A stretch of 63,817 bases of DNA, counting the filler, from Reticulomyxa filosa (Eukaryota; Protista; Foraminifera), in NCBI GenBank assembly GCA_000512085.1. It is 17 parts of 17 records of this genome, joined end to end, with 100 filler letters (N's around TTAATTAATTAA, not from the genome) between each part and the next. Parts side by side here need not be neighbours in the genome. Positions count along the whole stretch, not along the records: positions 62,174 to 63,817 come from ASPP01023003.1; 16 more parts are not named here. One strand, 5' to 3'. Shown here piece by piece: positions 63,519-63,817 of the stretch (its first letter is position 1; each line of letters begins with the position of its first letter). The position numbers were made by a program, and so were the translations under genes. A model generated the notes under the pieces. It did not search any database and had not been told where the DNA came from. It saw only the letters and a list, made by a program, of their open reading frames with translations.

Positions 63519-63817
63519 ATTCTTTGTCCATTTTTATTTGCAAATGTATCTGTAATAGCATAATTCATATCTTTGATCATAGAATTGAGTGAAATTTGAT
63601 AATTATCATCTTCATTTAATTGCTCAAAAAATAATTTTGTAAATATGGATCCAGTGTTCCCAGTGGGGTCATTATTAACTGAATTTGTGGTAATAAAACA
63701 AATATTTGATCCTGAAAGTGTATTCCATGATGGAAAATCATTGTTTTTCATCTCGCTCGATATTTCAGATTCGATACAATTTTGAATGATTACTTTAGGT
63801 CTTCTTGTAAATCTTGT
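63503..63817 (-). CDS. C-terminal fragment of a divergent caspase-fold protein, running off the window end
   Basis: RRPKVIIQNC then NICFITTNS...TGSIFTKLFFEQL...SLNSMIKDMNYAI parallels caspase PK.FIIQAC and p10 (DFL.AYST..GSWFI..L...L..VN). Confidence 0.5.
   Translation of the reverse strand, partial: TRFTRRPKVIIQNCIESEISSEMKNNDFPSWNTLSGSNICFITTNSVNNDPTGNTGSIFTKLFFEQLNEDDNYQISLNSMIKDMNYAITDTFANKNGQRMINIC

Noticed and set aside
1-63817. Treating the window as one gene cluster (for example PI3K + AGC kinase + DEP + G-alpha as a linked pathway)
   Set aside because: The genes lie on separate contigs joined artificially, so linkage holds only within a contig.

Overview
Eukaryotic, AT-rich, intron-dense genomic DNA. 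Gene families and recurring motifs point to a foraminiferan (Rhizaria), most likely Reticulomyxa filosa; this identification is from recall and was not searched. The window is not continuous. Sixteen identical 100-nt artificial linkers (44N-TTAATTAATTAA-44N) split it into 17 contigs, so most genes are partial and adjacency across linkers is unreliable. Recognisable genes are PLAA/Doa1, a four-DEP protein, a CAP-Gly protein, a caspase-fold protease with a PB1-like N-terminal module, a TLC-domain protein, SEC13, an LTA4H-like M1 aminopeptidase, a PI3K-family kinase, a DEP-DEP-EF-hand protein, a RING/TRAF protein, a non-specific phospholipase C, an intronless sulfotransferase-like protein, a myosin-TH1/AGC kinase fusion, a PUF protein and a WD40 protein. 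Between them lie many decayed copies (G-alpha, ARM-PH, WD40, NACHT). The best leads are: (i) a PB1-like/caspase-fold protease with paracaspase-type pocket residues, plus NACHT, WD40, TRAF and a second caspase-like fragment, suggesting a fast-turnover immune or cell-death toolkit; (ii) multi-DEP proteins; (iii) introns with poly-A rather than polypyrimidine acceptors. No rRNA, tRNA, CRISPR array or intact transposon was seen.
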